Shown in pieces: positions 31,202 to 39,353 of a stretch of 64,000 nucleotides of DNA (position 1 is the stretch's first letter; the number at the start of each line of letters is the position of its first letter). The stretch covers positions 1 to 64,000 of the forward strand of contig JBFIML010000011.1 of the NCBI GenBank assembly GCA_041611735.1, read 5' to 3'. A model generated the notes under the pieces. The model saw only the letters and a program-made list of their open reading frames with translations, did no database searches and had not been told where the DNA came from. Made by a program: the position numbers and the translations under genes. The DNA comes from Myxococcota bacterium. Its GTDB lineage: Bacteria; Myxococcota_A; UBA9160; PR03.

Positions 31202-32332
31202 ATGCTGTCCCGCTTCGACGACTATCCGATCCACCCGACGCCCGAGCCGATCGCGCAGCCGGCCTCGAGCGACCGCAACGTGTACGACCGCTACTGGTTC
31301 AACGGCTACACCGCCGACGGCGAGTTCTACTTCGGGATCGGCCTCGGCCTCTACCCGAACCGGCGCATCCTCGACTGCGGCCTGAGCATCGTGCGCGACG
31401 GGGAGCAGCACGCCTTCCACGCCTCGCGGCGGGCGCCGGCCGAGCCCAGCGAGACCGGGGTGGGGCCCTTCCGGCTCGACGTGCTCGAGCCCATGCGCCG
31501 GCTGCGCGTGCGCATCGCGCCGAACGAGACCGGGATGGAGTGCGACCTGCTCTTCACGCCGCGCACCGCGTGCCTCGAGGAGGGGCGCCAGACCCTGCGC
31601 CGGGACGGCCGCGTGATCATGGACGCCACGCGCTTCACCCAGTTCGGGCGCTGGGAGGGGCACCTGGGCTACGCGGGCCGCCGCATCGCGGTGGAGTCCG
31701 CGCGCGTCCTCGGCACCAGGGACCGCTCCTGGGGCGTTCGTCCCGTGGGCGAGCCCGAGACGGGCGGGGCGCCCGCGAGCCGGCCGCCCCAGGTCTTCTT
31801 CCTATGGGCGCCCATCCACTGGGAGGACTGCTGCACCCACTCCGCCATCTTCGAGGACGAGCACGGGCGCTCCTGGCACCAGGAGGGGGCCATCCTGCCC
31901 GCCTATGCGTCGGTGGAAGCGATCCCCGGCGACGGCGTCGAGGACCCGGGCGTCGAGCGCCTGGCCGGCGTCGGCCACCGGCTCGCCTACGAGAAGGGCA
32001 CGCGGCGGGCGCGGCAGGCCGAGCTCACCTTGCGGACCCGCTCGGGCGAGCGGCACGAGCTCGCCCTCGAGCCCCTGCTCTGCTTTCGCATGAAGGGGCT
32101 CGGGTACCTGCATCCGGAGTGGGGGCACGGGCGCTGGCAGGGCGAGCTCGCCGTGGCGGGCGAGTCCTGGAAGAGCGAGGCCCTGGATCCCCTGGCGCTC
32201 GAGAACCTGCACGTCCAGCAGGTGGTCCGGGCGCGCTGGGGCGGCCGCGAAGGGGTCGGGGTCCTGGAGCAGCTCTGCCTCGGCCCTCACGCGACCTACG
32301 GCTTCCGGGAGCTCCGGGACGGCGCGGCCTGA
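31202..32332 (+). CDS. Conserved hypothetical protein (beta-rich, possibly tocopherol cyclase/AttH-like)
   Basis: AGGAG RBS; DDYPIH, DRNVYDRYWFNG, RDRSWGVRPVGE; family familiar from Actinobacteria. Confidence 0.8.
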   Translation: MLSRFDDYPIHPTPEPIAQPASSDRNVYDRYWFNGYTADGEFYFGIGLGLYPNRRILDCGLSIVRDGEQHAFHASRRAPAEPSETGVGPFRLDVLEPMRRLRVRIAPNETGMECDLLFTPRTACLEEGRQTLRRDGRVIMDATRFTQFGRWEGHLGYAGRRIAVESARVLGTRDRSWGVRPVGEPETGGAPASRPPQVFFLWAPIHWEDCCTHSAIFEDEHGRSWHQEGAILPAYASVEAIPGDGVEDPGVERLAGVGHRLAYEKGTRRARQAELTLRTRSGERHELALEPLLCFRMKGLGYLHPEWGHGRWQGELAVAGESWKSEALDPLALENLHVQQVVRARWGGREGVGVLEQLCLGPHATYGFRELRDGAA

Positions 32333-32350
32333 GGCCGCGCGGCCGCGCGC

Positions 32351-32719
32351 CTACTCCTCGGTCAGCATGCTGCGCGCGTTGAGCCCCGCCGTGGCGGCCT
32401 TCACGTAGTACTGCCAGGCCATGTTGTAGGCGAAGGAAGCCTCCTTCCAGGCCTCGGCCTGGGCCTTCGTGTCGCCTTCGGCTCGGCTCTTGTCACCCTC
32501 CGTCAGCCAGCGCTTGGCGTCGGCGATCAGGCCCGCCGCGTCCGGCTTGCCCTGGTCGCCGATCTGCTCGAGCTCCTCCGCCACGCCCACCACGGCAGCC
32601 CGGGTCTCGTTGGCCTGCTTCTGCCAGGAGAGGGCGCTCTTCTGGGGATCGGCGCCCTGGGCTGCGGCGCCCAGGGCAAAGAGGAGGGCGCAAGCGAACA
32701 GCGCAACGGCTCGGGTCAT
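32351..32719 (-). CDS. Small secreted alpha-helical hypothetical protein
   Basis: Signal peptide ending AAA-QG; AAGGAG RBS; strong GC3 bias. Confidence 0.75.
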   Translation of the reverse strand: MTRAVALFACALLFALGAAAQGADPQKSALSWQKQANETRAAVVGVAEELEQIGDQGKPDAAGLIADAKRWLTEGDKSRAEGDTKAQAEAWKEASFAYNMAWQYYVKAATAGLNARSMLTEE

Positions 32720-32898
32720 GACGGCTCCTTCCAGGCGAGAGGATGTCGAAAGCTAACCGCGCACGCGCTGCGGTCAAGCGTGCCCGCGGGCGTCCGCGGG
32801 CAGCACCGCCCTCGAGCCGGAAGCCGTGTTGCAGAATGTCTCAAGGGCGGGACAGGCCGACTCGCAGGCGACCCGATCGAGACCTGACCGGATGCGCT

Positions 32899-33234
32899 TC
32901 AGCGCCGTCCCGGCGGGCCGTCGGGCGGACGCCCGGGACGACCCGGCGGGCCGGCCTCCGGGCGGCCGGGCCGATCCGGACGGTTCGCGGCAGGACGGCC
33001 GCGCCCACGGCGGTCGTCGGTGCTCGCCGAATCGGCCAGATCGCTCATCGTGGCATCGGTGACCTGCCCGAGCGGGTGCCAGACGGCCAGGACGGCCACC
33101 ACGACGAGGGCGCCCACCAGGGCCCACTCCATGGTCTCGAGGCCCTGCTGGTGCCGGAGGAAGCGCAGCTCGGTCGGGCGAAGCCGGTGGCGCAGGCGCG
33201 CGGCCCGAGCCCGGAGCCCCATGCTCTCTCCCAT
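32899..33234 (-). CDS. Flp/Fap (type IVb/Tad) pilin-like protein with Gly/Pro/Arg tail
   Basis: Basic leader, FLRHQQG|LETMEWALVGALVVVAVLAV with Glu at +5 and a hydrophobic helix. Confidence 0.7.
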   Translation of the reverse strand: MGESMGLRARAARLRHRLRPTELRFLRHQQGLETMEWALVGALVVVAVLAVWHPLGQVTDATMSDLADSASTDDRRGRGRPAANRPDRPGRPEAGPPGRPGRPPDGPPGRR

Positions 33235-33372
33235 CCCGCCACGCCGCGGCGTGGCGCTGCGAGCCGCTTGCCGCTCCGCTGCGTCCGGCGACGCCTCGGG
33301 GCGGCCGATGGGGAGTGACCTCCGGGCGTGCCGAGGTGACGCGGGCCGGAGGGAGCGGTTCCGAGGGTCCGC

Positions 33373-34902
33373 TCAGGGGCCGAGGGTCTCGGCGCAGGGT
33401 GCCCCGCTCAGGTCGTCGCGGAGGACCGCTCCCGCGTCGTCCTTCAGGGACACCGTGGCCGTCCCGGCCGTGGCGTCCACCTCCACGAGCCCGTAGGAGA
33501 AGGCGTCCAGGGCCTGGCACTCCGCCTGCAGCAGTCCGCCCAGGATCCCCCGCAGCACGAACAATCCCTCGGGCCCCGCCACGGCCAGCACGTTCTGGGC
33601 AAAGGTGCTGCGGGCGATGGGACCGGTCACGAACTCCCGGGCGATCGACTCGGAGTCCGTGAAGACGTCGACGAAGACGTCGTTGGCCAGGTTCGCGTGG
33701 ATGTCCGTGGTCAGGAAGATCACGTTCGGGATGCCCTTCTCCCGGATGAAGTCCAGGATTTCGGCGCGCTCGGCGGCATAGCCCTCCCAGCGGTCGTAGG
33801 GCGCCGCGAAGAACTGCTGGATGGGAAGCTCGTTGATCACGAACTTGAAGCGGGCCGTGGAGTTCTCGAGCGCATCCTTGAAGCGCTGCTTCTGCACCGG
33901 GCCGAGGAAGGTGCGCGACGGATCGGCGAGGGCCGCCAGGCAGCCCGCCGGGGGCTCCGGCGGCAGCTGGGCCGGCACGCGCAGGAAGGTCGGCAGGGTC
34001 GGCGCCAGGTCACCCTGGCACGCCGCCTCCACGTCCGCGTCCCGGCACGAGCGCTCGTCGAGAACGATCACATCCACCAGCTCGCCCCAGTGGAACACCT
34101 TGAAGAGGGGATCACCGGCGCAGCTCGGGTCGCTGAGCAGCCCGCTCTCGGAGCTCGGCACGTACTCGAAGTAGGCCTGCCGGCCGTTGGCGTAGCGGAG
34201 CGGGTCCACGCTGCGGCCGTCGTAGTCGTTGACCACCTCGTGATCGTCCCAGATGCTGACGATCGAGGTGCTGCGCAGCAGGGCGCGGAGCGCCGCGAAG
34301 CCGCGGTTCACCCGCCAGGTCTCCCGGTACTCCGCCAGGGTCATGGCGGGGCCCAGGCCCGCGAGCCCGCGCACGAAGGAGTCCGAGTAGATCAGGTCGC
34401 CCAGGTAGACGAAGAAGTCGAGCTGCTCGGCCCGCGCCGCGTCCAGGGCCTCGAACTGGTTGAAGAAGGGGACGCCCGCCACGAGCGTTCCGTCCGAGTC
34501 GCCGGACCAGGCGAAGCGCACGCTGCGGGTCTGGGCGGGCAGGGGAGCGGTGCGGAACGTCCCGACCTCGCTGGTCTCGTTGCCGCGGCGGAAGCGATAC
34601 CAGTACGGGGTGTCGGGGGCCAGGCCCCGGGCCTCCACCTTGATGGTGAAGTCTCCGGTGGCGGCGCTGCGCAGCGTGCGCTGGAAGACCTTCGGTCCGG
34701 CGAGGCCCGGGCTGCCGAAGACCTCGAGCTTGACGGCGGTCTCCTGGTTGGCGGCGGTCCAGAGCACCACGCCGGACGAGGTCGCCTCGCCGCTGGCCAC
34801 GCCGTGGGGAAACGCGAGCGGCGGCGGCGGGCCCCCGGGTGCCAGCAACAGCGAGGCCAGGAAGAGCAGCGCGCCGTGGGTCCATCGCGGCCCTGTCGCC
34901 AT
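33373..34902 (-). CDS. phoD: Alkaline phosphatase D family protein
   Basis: FPHGVASG, GTFRTAP, LGDLIYSD, WDDHEV.ND, DRWEGY, TDIH. Confidence 0.9.
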   Translation of the reverse strand: MATGPRWTHGALLFLASLLLAPGGPPPPLAFPHGVASGEATSSGVVLWTAANQETAVKLEVFGSPGLAGPKVFQRTLRSAATGDFTIKVEARGLAPDTPYWYRFRRGNETSEVGTFRTAPLPAQTRSVRFAWSGDSDGTLVAGVPFFNQFEALDAARAEQLDFFVYLGDLIYSDSFVRGLAGLGPAMTLAEYRETWRVNRGFAALRALLRSTSIVSIWDDHEVVNDYDGRSVDPLRYANGRQAYFEYVPSSESGLLSDPSCAGDPLFKVFHWGELVDVIVLDERSCRDADVEAACQGDLAPTLPTFLRVPAQLPPEPPAGCLAALADPSRTFLGPVQKQRFKDALENSTARFKFVINELPIQQFFAAPYDRWEGYAAERAEILDFIREKGIPNVIFLTTDIHANLANDVFVDVFTDSESIAREFVTGPIARSTFAQNVLAVAGPEGLFVLRGILGGLLQAECQALDAFSYGLVEVDATAGTATVSLKDDAGAVLRDDLSGAPCAETLGP

Positions 34903-34957
34903 CTCGGGATCCTCCGCCGGCCCCCCAAGGCATTCTCGAATCCGCCGCACGGCTGGG

Positions 34958-35635
34958 TCAAGGGCGACGGCCAGGGCGGTGCGTCTGCGTCCGCGAGCGG
35001 CCCGCCCTCGGGGAAGCAGGGGGCTCCGGCCGCACCGAGACGTGCGGATTGCCGGAGATCAGGAAGCGCAGGGGCTTGCGGCTCCAGACTCCCGCGTAGC
35101 CCACGCCGATGCGGGGCGTCGCCACGACTCGCGAGGCGGGGAGCGCGCGCTGGCGCACGCGCTCGATCCAGAGCGTTCGGTCGCGGCGCAGGTCGAGGCC
35201 GTCCTGGGCGCGGTCGATCCCGAGCGCCGCAGCCAGCTTGGCGGGCCCGGAGCAGAGGTCGCGGGCGCTGCGCGCCGCGGGCCGGCGCCGCCGCATGGCG
35301 TCGTGGCCCTCGGTGGGCTCGAGGGCGCGGATCAGCACCGCCACCCCGTCGCCGGCCCGGCCGCACACCACGTTCAGGCAGTAGTGCATGCCGTAGGTGT
35401 AGTAGACGTAGGCGTGGCCGCCCTCCAGATACATGGAGGCGTTGCGAGCCGTACGCCGGCCGCCCCAGGTGTGGCAGGCCCGGTCCTCGGGTCCGAGGTA
35501 CGCCTCCACCTCCACGATCAGGCCCGCCAGGCGCTGCCCGTCGAGGACGCGCACCAGGCGCTGGCCCAGCAGGCGCCGCGCCGTCGTCACCGCGTCGCTC
35601 CCGAACCGCCCGAAGCGGGGACGTGCTTGACTCAT
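34958..35635 (-). CDS. mpg: DNA-3-methyladenine glycosylase (MPG/AAG family)
   Basis: IVEVEAYLG, YVYYTYGMHYCLNVV, AVLIRALEP, GPAKL, RIGV. Confidence 0.93.
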   Translation of the reverse strand: MSQARPRFGRFGSDAVTTARRLLGQRLVRVLDGQRLAGLIVEVEAYLGPEDRACHTWGGRRTARNASMYLEGGHAYVYYTYGMHYCLNVVCGRAGDGVAVLIRALEPTEGHDAMRRRRPAARSARDLCSGPAKLAAALGIDRAQDGLDLRRDRTLWIERVRQRALPASRVVATPRIGVGYAGVWSRKPLRFLISGNPHVSVRPEPPASPRAGRSRTQTHRPGRRP

Positions 35636-35709
35636 CGACTCTTTCCGGACTGAAGCCACGCGAGTCGATTCCGGTATCGGGAAGGAGTCGATTCGTCAAG
35701 AACGTCCCC
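35617..35709. repeat. Palindromic element copy B (93 bp)
   Basis: GGGGACGTGCTTGACTCATCGACTCTTTCC ... GGAAGGAGTCGATTCGTCAAGAACGTCCCC, arms 26/30 complementary. Confidence 0.9.
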
Positions 35710-35741
35710 GCCTCGCTATCTTGCGGGTGGGAGGAGACGAC

Positions 35742-38165
35742 GTGATCCCCGTCCTCGCCGGCCTGGCCGTTCTCGCAACCCTGCTCGCGCTCCTGCATCT
35801 CGGCCGCGCCTACCTGGCGTGGGTGGCGAGCGGCGCCCTTGCCCTCGGCTTCTGGGCCCTGGGCGGCGTGGCGACGCCGCTCCTCTTCGCCGCGACCCTG
35901 GCAGGCTTCGCGGCCCTGGCGACGCTCTTCGGCCTGCCCGCCCTGCGACGTCCCCTGGTCACGCGCTGGGTCATGCCCCGGGTCGCCCGGCTCCTGCCGC
36001 GCATGGGCCGGACCGAGCGCATCGCCCTCGAGGCTGGGACCGTCTGGTGGGACGGGGACCTCTTCTCCGGGCGTCCCGACTGGGCCAGGCTGCTGGGCTT
36101 CGCGACGGCCCGCCTCTCGCCGCGGGAGCAGGCCTTCCTGGACGGCCCGGTCGAGGATCTCTGCGCCCTGCTCGACGACTGGGAGGTGACCCAGGCCGGG
36201 GACCTTCCGCCCCAGGCCTGGGAGTTCCTGAAGAAGCAGCGCTTCTTCGGGCTCATCATCCCGGAGCAGTACGACGGGCTCGGGTTCTCGGCCCTGGCGC
36301 ACTCGGCGGTGGTGACCAAGCTCTCGAGCCGCAGCATCACGGCGGCGGTCACGGCCATGGTCCCGAACTCCCTGGGCCCCGCGGAGCTGCTGCTCCACTA
36401 CGGGACCGAGGCCCAGAAGCGTCACTACCTGCCGCGCCTGGCGACCGGCGAGGAGATCCCCTGCTTCGCGCTCACCGGGCCCGAGGCCGGCAGCGACGCC
36501 GCCGCCACCCAGAGCGTGGGCATCGTCTGCCGCGGCCGCTTCGAGGGCCGCGAGGTGCTCGGCATGCGCCTGGCCTGGCGCAAGCGCTACATCACGCTGG
36601 GTCCCGTGGCCACCGTGATCGGCCTGGCCTTCCGCCTGCGCGACCCGGACCACCTGCTGGGCGACCGCGAGGAGCTCGGCATCACCTGCGCCCTCGTCCC
36701 GGCACAGCTTCCCGGCATCGAGATCGGCCAGCGCCACGACCCCCTGGGCGTCCCGTTCCACAACGGCCCCATTGAGGGCCGCGACGTCTTCGTGCCCCTC
36801 GACGCGATCATCGGCGGCGTCGAGCGGGCGGGGCAGGGCTGGCGCATGTTGATGGAGAGCCTGGCGGCGGGACGCTCCATCTCGCTGCCCTCGCTCTCGG
36901 TGGGGGGCGCCCAGGTGGCGGCGCGCACGGTGAGCGCCTACGGCATGGTGCGCGAGCAGTTCGACACGCCGATCGGCCGCTTCGAGGGCATCGAGGAGCC
37001 GCTGGCCCGCATCGGCGGCCTCACCTACGCCATGAACGCGGCCCGCGTGCTCACCGCCTCGGCGGTGGACGCCGGCGAGAAGCCCGCCGTGCTCTCGGCG
37101 GTCGTGAAGGCGTACCTGACCGAGGGCATGCGCCAGGTGGTGAACGACGCCATGGACATCCGCGCCGGGGCGGCCATCGTGCGCGGGCCCCGCAACATCC
37201 TGGCGCGGGCCTACGCGGGGGTCCCGATCGGGATCACCGTCGAGGGCGCCAACATCCTGACCCGCTCCATGATCATCTACGGCCAGGGCGCCATCCGCTG
37301 CCATCCCTTCGCCCGGGAGGAGATCGAAGCGGTGGCCGCCGGCGACCTGGCGCGCTTCGACCGGGCCTTCTTCGGCCACGTGGGCTTCGTGTTCGAGTGC
37401 GTCGCCCGCGCGCTCCTGTTGGGCCTGAGCGCCGGGCGCCTGGCCCGGGCCCCGGTGCAGGATGCCACCCGCCGGTACTTCGGTCGGCTCTCCCGGGCGA
37501 GCGCAGCCTTCGCCGTGGTCTCGGACGCCTGCATGGCGACCCTCGGCGGGCAGCTCAAGCGGCGCGAGAAGATCACGGGCCGCCTGGCCGATGCCCTGGC
37601 CTGGATGTACCTGGCCTCGGCCACCCTCAAGCGCTTCCACGACGAGGGTGCGCGGGAGGGCGAGCGGCCCTTCGTGGACTGGGCCTGCGAGCACGCCCTG
37701 GCGGCGATCGACCGGGCGCTGGCCGAGGTGCTGGACAACCTGCCCGCCCGCCCGGTGGCCTGGCTGCTGCGCCCGCTCGTCTTTCCGCTGGGCGTGCACT
37801 GGAAGGGGCCGAGCGACGCCCTGGGGACGGCCGTGGCCCGAGCCCTGCTGGACGACCCCGAGGCGCGCGCCACCCTCACCCGCGACATCTTCCGGCCCCC
37901 CGCCGAGGAGCCGGGCCTCGGGCGCCTGGAGGCGGCGCTCGAGAAGGCGCGGGCGGCCCTCGCCATCGAGCGCAAGCTGCGCGACGCGGTGCGGGCCGGC
38001 CGTCTGGATCACGCGCCGGGCGACGAGCTCGCGGACCACGCCCTGGAGGCCGGTCTCATCACCGACGACGAGCGCAAGCGCATCCACGAGGCGGACGAGG
38101 CGCGCGAGCTCGCCATCGAGGTGGATGCCTTCGACCCGGAGACCTACCGCGGCCTGCGCCGCTAA
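35742..38165 (+). CDS. fadE: Membrane-associated acyl-CoA dehydrogenase FadE
   Basis: GAGGAG RBS; N-terminal TMs, TERIALEAGTVWW, VPNSLGP, FALTGPEAGSDA, ITVEGANILTR; C-terminal VDAF. Confidence 0.93.
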   Translation: MIPVLAGLAVLATLLALLHLGRAYLAWVASGALALGFWALGGVATPLLFAATLAGFAALATLFGLPALRRPLVTRWVMPRVARLLPRMGRTERIALEAGTVWWDGDLFSGRPDWARLLGFATARLSPREQAFLDGPVEDLCALLDDWEVTQAGDLPPQAWEFLKKQRFFGLIIPEQYDGLGFSALAHSAVVTKLSSRSITAAVTAMVPNSLGPAELLLHYGTEAQKRHYLPRLATGEEIPCFALTGPEAGSDAAATQSVGIVCRGRFEGREVLGMRLAWRKRYITLGPVATVIGLAFRLRDPDHLLGDREELGITCALVPAQLPGIEIGQRHDPLGVPFHNGPIEGRDVFVPLDAIIGGVERAGQGWRMLMESLAAGRSISLPSLSVGGAQVAARTVSAYGMVREQFDTPIGRFEGIEEPLARIGGLTYAMNAARVLTASAVDAGEKPAVLSAVVKAYLTEGMRQVVNDAMDIRAGAAIVRGPRNILARAYAGVPIGITVEGANILTRSMIIYGQGAIRCHPFAREEIEAVAAGDLARFDRAFFGHVGFVFECVARALLLGLSAGRLARAPVQDATRRYFGRLSRASAAFAVVSDACMATLGGQLKRREKITGRLADALAWMYLASATLKRFHDEGAREGERPFVDWACEHALAAIDRALAEVLDNLPARPVAWLLRPLVFPLGVHWKGPSDALGTAVARALLDDPEARATLTRDIFRPPAEEPGLGRLEAALEKARAALAIERKLRDAVRAGRLDHAPGDELADHALEAGLITDDERKRIHEADEARELAIEVDAFDPETYRGLRR

Positions 38166-38167
38166 GG

Positions 38168-38259
38168 GGGGACGTTCTTGACTAATTGACTTTTTCCGGA
38201 TGCCGGAATCCGCTCTCGTGGCTCCGCCCCGGAAAAGTCAGTTAGTCAAGAACGTCCCC
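38168..38259. repeat. Palindromic element copy C (92 bp)
   Basis: GGGGACGTTCTTGACTAATTGACTTTTTCCGG ... CCGGAAAAGTCAGTTAGTCAAGAACGTCCCC; one mismatch and one indel between arms. Confidence 0.92.
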
Positions 38260-39097
38260 GCGCCCGCGCGCCCGTGGCGACGAGCACGAGGCCCAGGCCG
38301 AGCAGGGCCGCGGTGCCGGGCTCCGGGATGGTGAGCAGCGTCACCTTGACGTCCGCGAAGTGCCCGTCGTTGGCGGCGGTGCGGCTGCCCACGCCCGGGT
38401 AGTCGTCGGCGGTCGCGGGCACGATGGTTCCTGCGATGCCGAGCCGGACGGCCGCCTCGTCCTGGGTGCTGGTGGCGGTGGCCGTCCAGCTGAAGTCCAG
38501 CGTGTAGGTCTTGGTGACCGCCGAGTCGAGGATGGTCAAGGTCGAGGTCGACTGGTTGAAGGCGGTGTTGCCCCCGCTGGCCCCCGAGAGAGTCGGCACG
38601 GCCGCGAGACCGAGGGTGGCGTTCAGGAGTCCGTCGAGCAGGCCGGCCACCGCGCTAAGGCTCGCCGACGCGCCGGTCCCCGTGGTGCTGTCGTCCACCA
38701 GGGTGAGGGCGCCGAGGCGGCGCGTGTCGATGTCGATGCGGTAGTCGCCCCCGATCGGGTTGTTCACGGTGAAGGTGATCTTGTAGTTGCTCGTCTGGGT
38801 CCGGGTCGCGTTGCTCGACGTGGCCTCCCGGTCCACCGCCGTGATGGCCGCGTAGCGGGTCTCGAAGGAGACCATGGCGCCCACCAGGTCGGCCACGGGG
38901 CCGGGCGAGGAGGAGACCACCGAGGTGGAGCTCCCCACGTGGACGCGGGTCTGCCCGGTGATGACGTTCTCGTTGACCGTGTTCCCGGTGTTGGGGGCCA
39001 CGGTCAGGCCCGTGACCGAGAGGGCCTGGGCGGCGGAGAGCGGTGCTCCCACGGCCATGGCCAGGACCAAGACGGGCAGCAGCGTTTGCGGCGTCAC
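38246..39097 (-). CDS. Ser/Thr-rich PEP-CTERM surface protein
   Basis: Signal peptide (AQA), Thr/Ser-rich body, C-terminal IPEPGTAALLGLGLVLVATGARARGRS. Confidence 0.9.
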   Translation of the reverse strand: MTPQTLLPVLVLAMAVGAPLSAAQALSVTGLTVAPNTGNTVNENVITGQTRVHVGSSTSVVSSSPGPVADLVGAMVSFETRYAAITAVDREATSSNATRTQTSNYKITFTVNNPIGGDYRIDIDTRRLGALTLVDDSTTGTGASASLSAVAGLLDGLLNATLGLAAVPTLSGASGGNTAFNQSTSTLTILDSAVTKTYTLDFSWTATATSTQDEAAVRLGIAGTIVPATADDYPGVGSRTAANDGHFADVKVTLLTIPEPGTAALLGLGLVLVATGARARGRS

Positions 39098-39163
39098 GGT
39101 ACACAGTTCTCCTCGGAGAGCAATCTTGGCACACACTCCGACAAAGTCTTGGCAAGAAAGTAA

Positions 39164-39179
39164 AGCAAACGGCGTTCCA
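39164..39179 (-). promoter_or_regulatory. Sigma-54 promoter for the PEP-CTERM gene
   Basis: Minus strand TGGAACGCCGTTTGCT, GG-N10-GC, within an AT-richer intergenic region. Confidence 0.75.
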
Positions 39180-39353
39180 AGTCTTCCAGAAGGATCGATT
39201 CCATCGCCCGATCGGGCAGATGGCCCCCTAAACTGCCTGCTCTGTCGAGGTCCTGCGGCTCGCCGGGACCGTGAGTGATTTCCTTAATAAATGAAAATAC
39301 CTTCCGGGCCGGAACCGGTGTGCGAGGCTACTCCGGCTGCCGGGAGGTCTCCC

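Noticed and set aside
32768-32785. Possible sigma-54 site GGCACGCTTGACCGCA upstream of 32719 (minus strand)
   Set aside because: Spacing is GG-N11-GC and the TTGC box is absent
21125-38259. Palindromic repeats as CRISPR repeats or integron attC sites
   Set aside because: They are dispersed rather than arrayed with spacers, there is no cas or intI gene, and the ends lack the RYYYAAC/GTTRRRY attC cores
39270-39300. AT-rich patch as a horizontal-transfer boundary
   Set aside because: It is only about 30 bp within a divergent promoter region, more simply explained as a promoter or DNA-bending element
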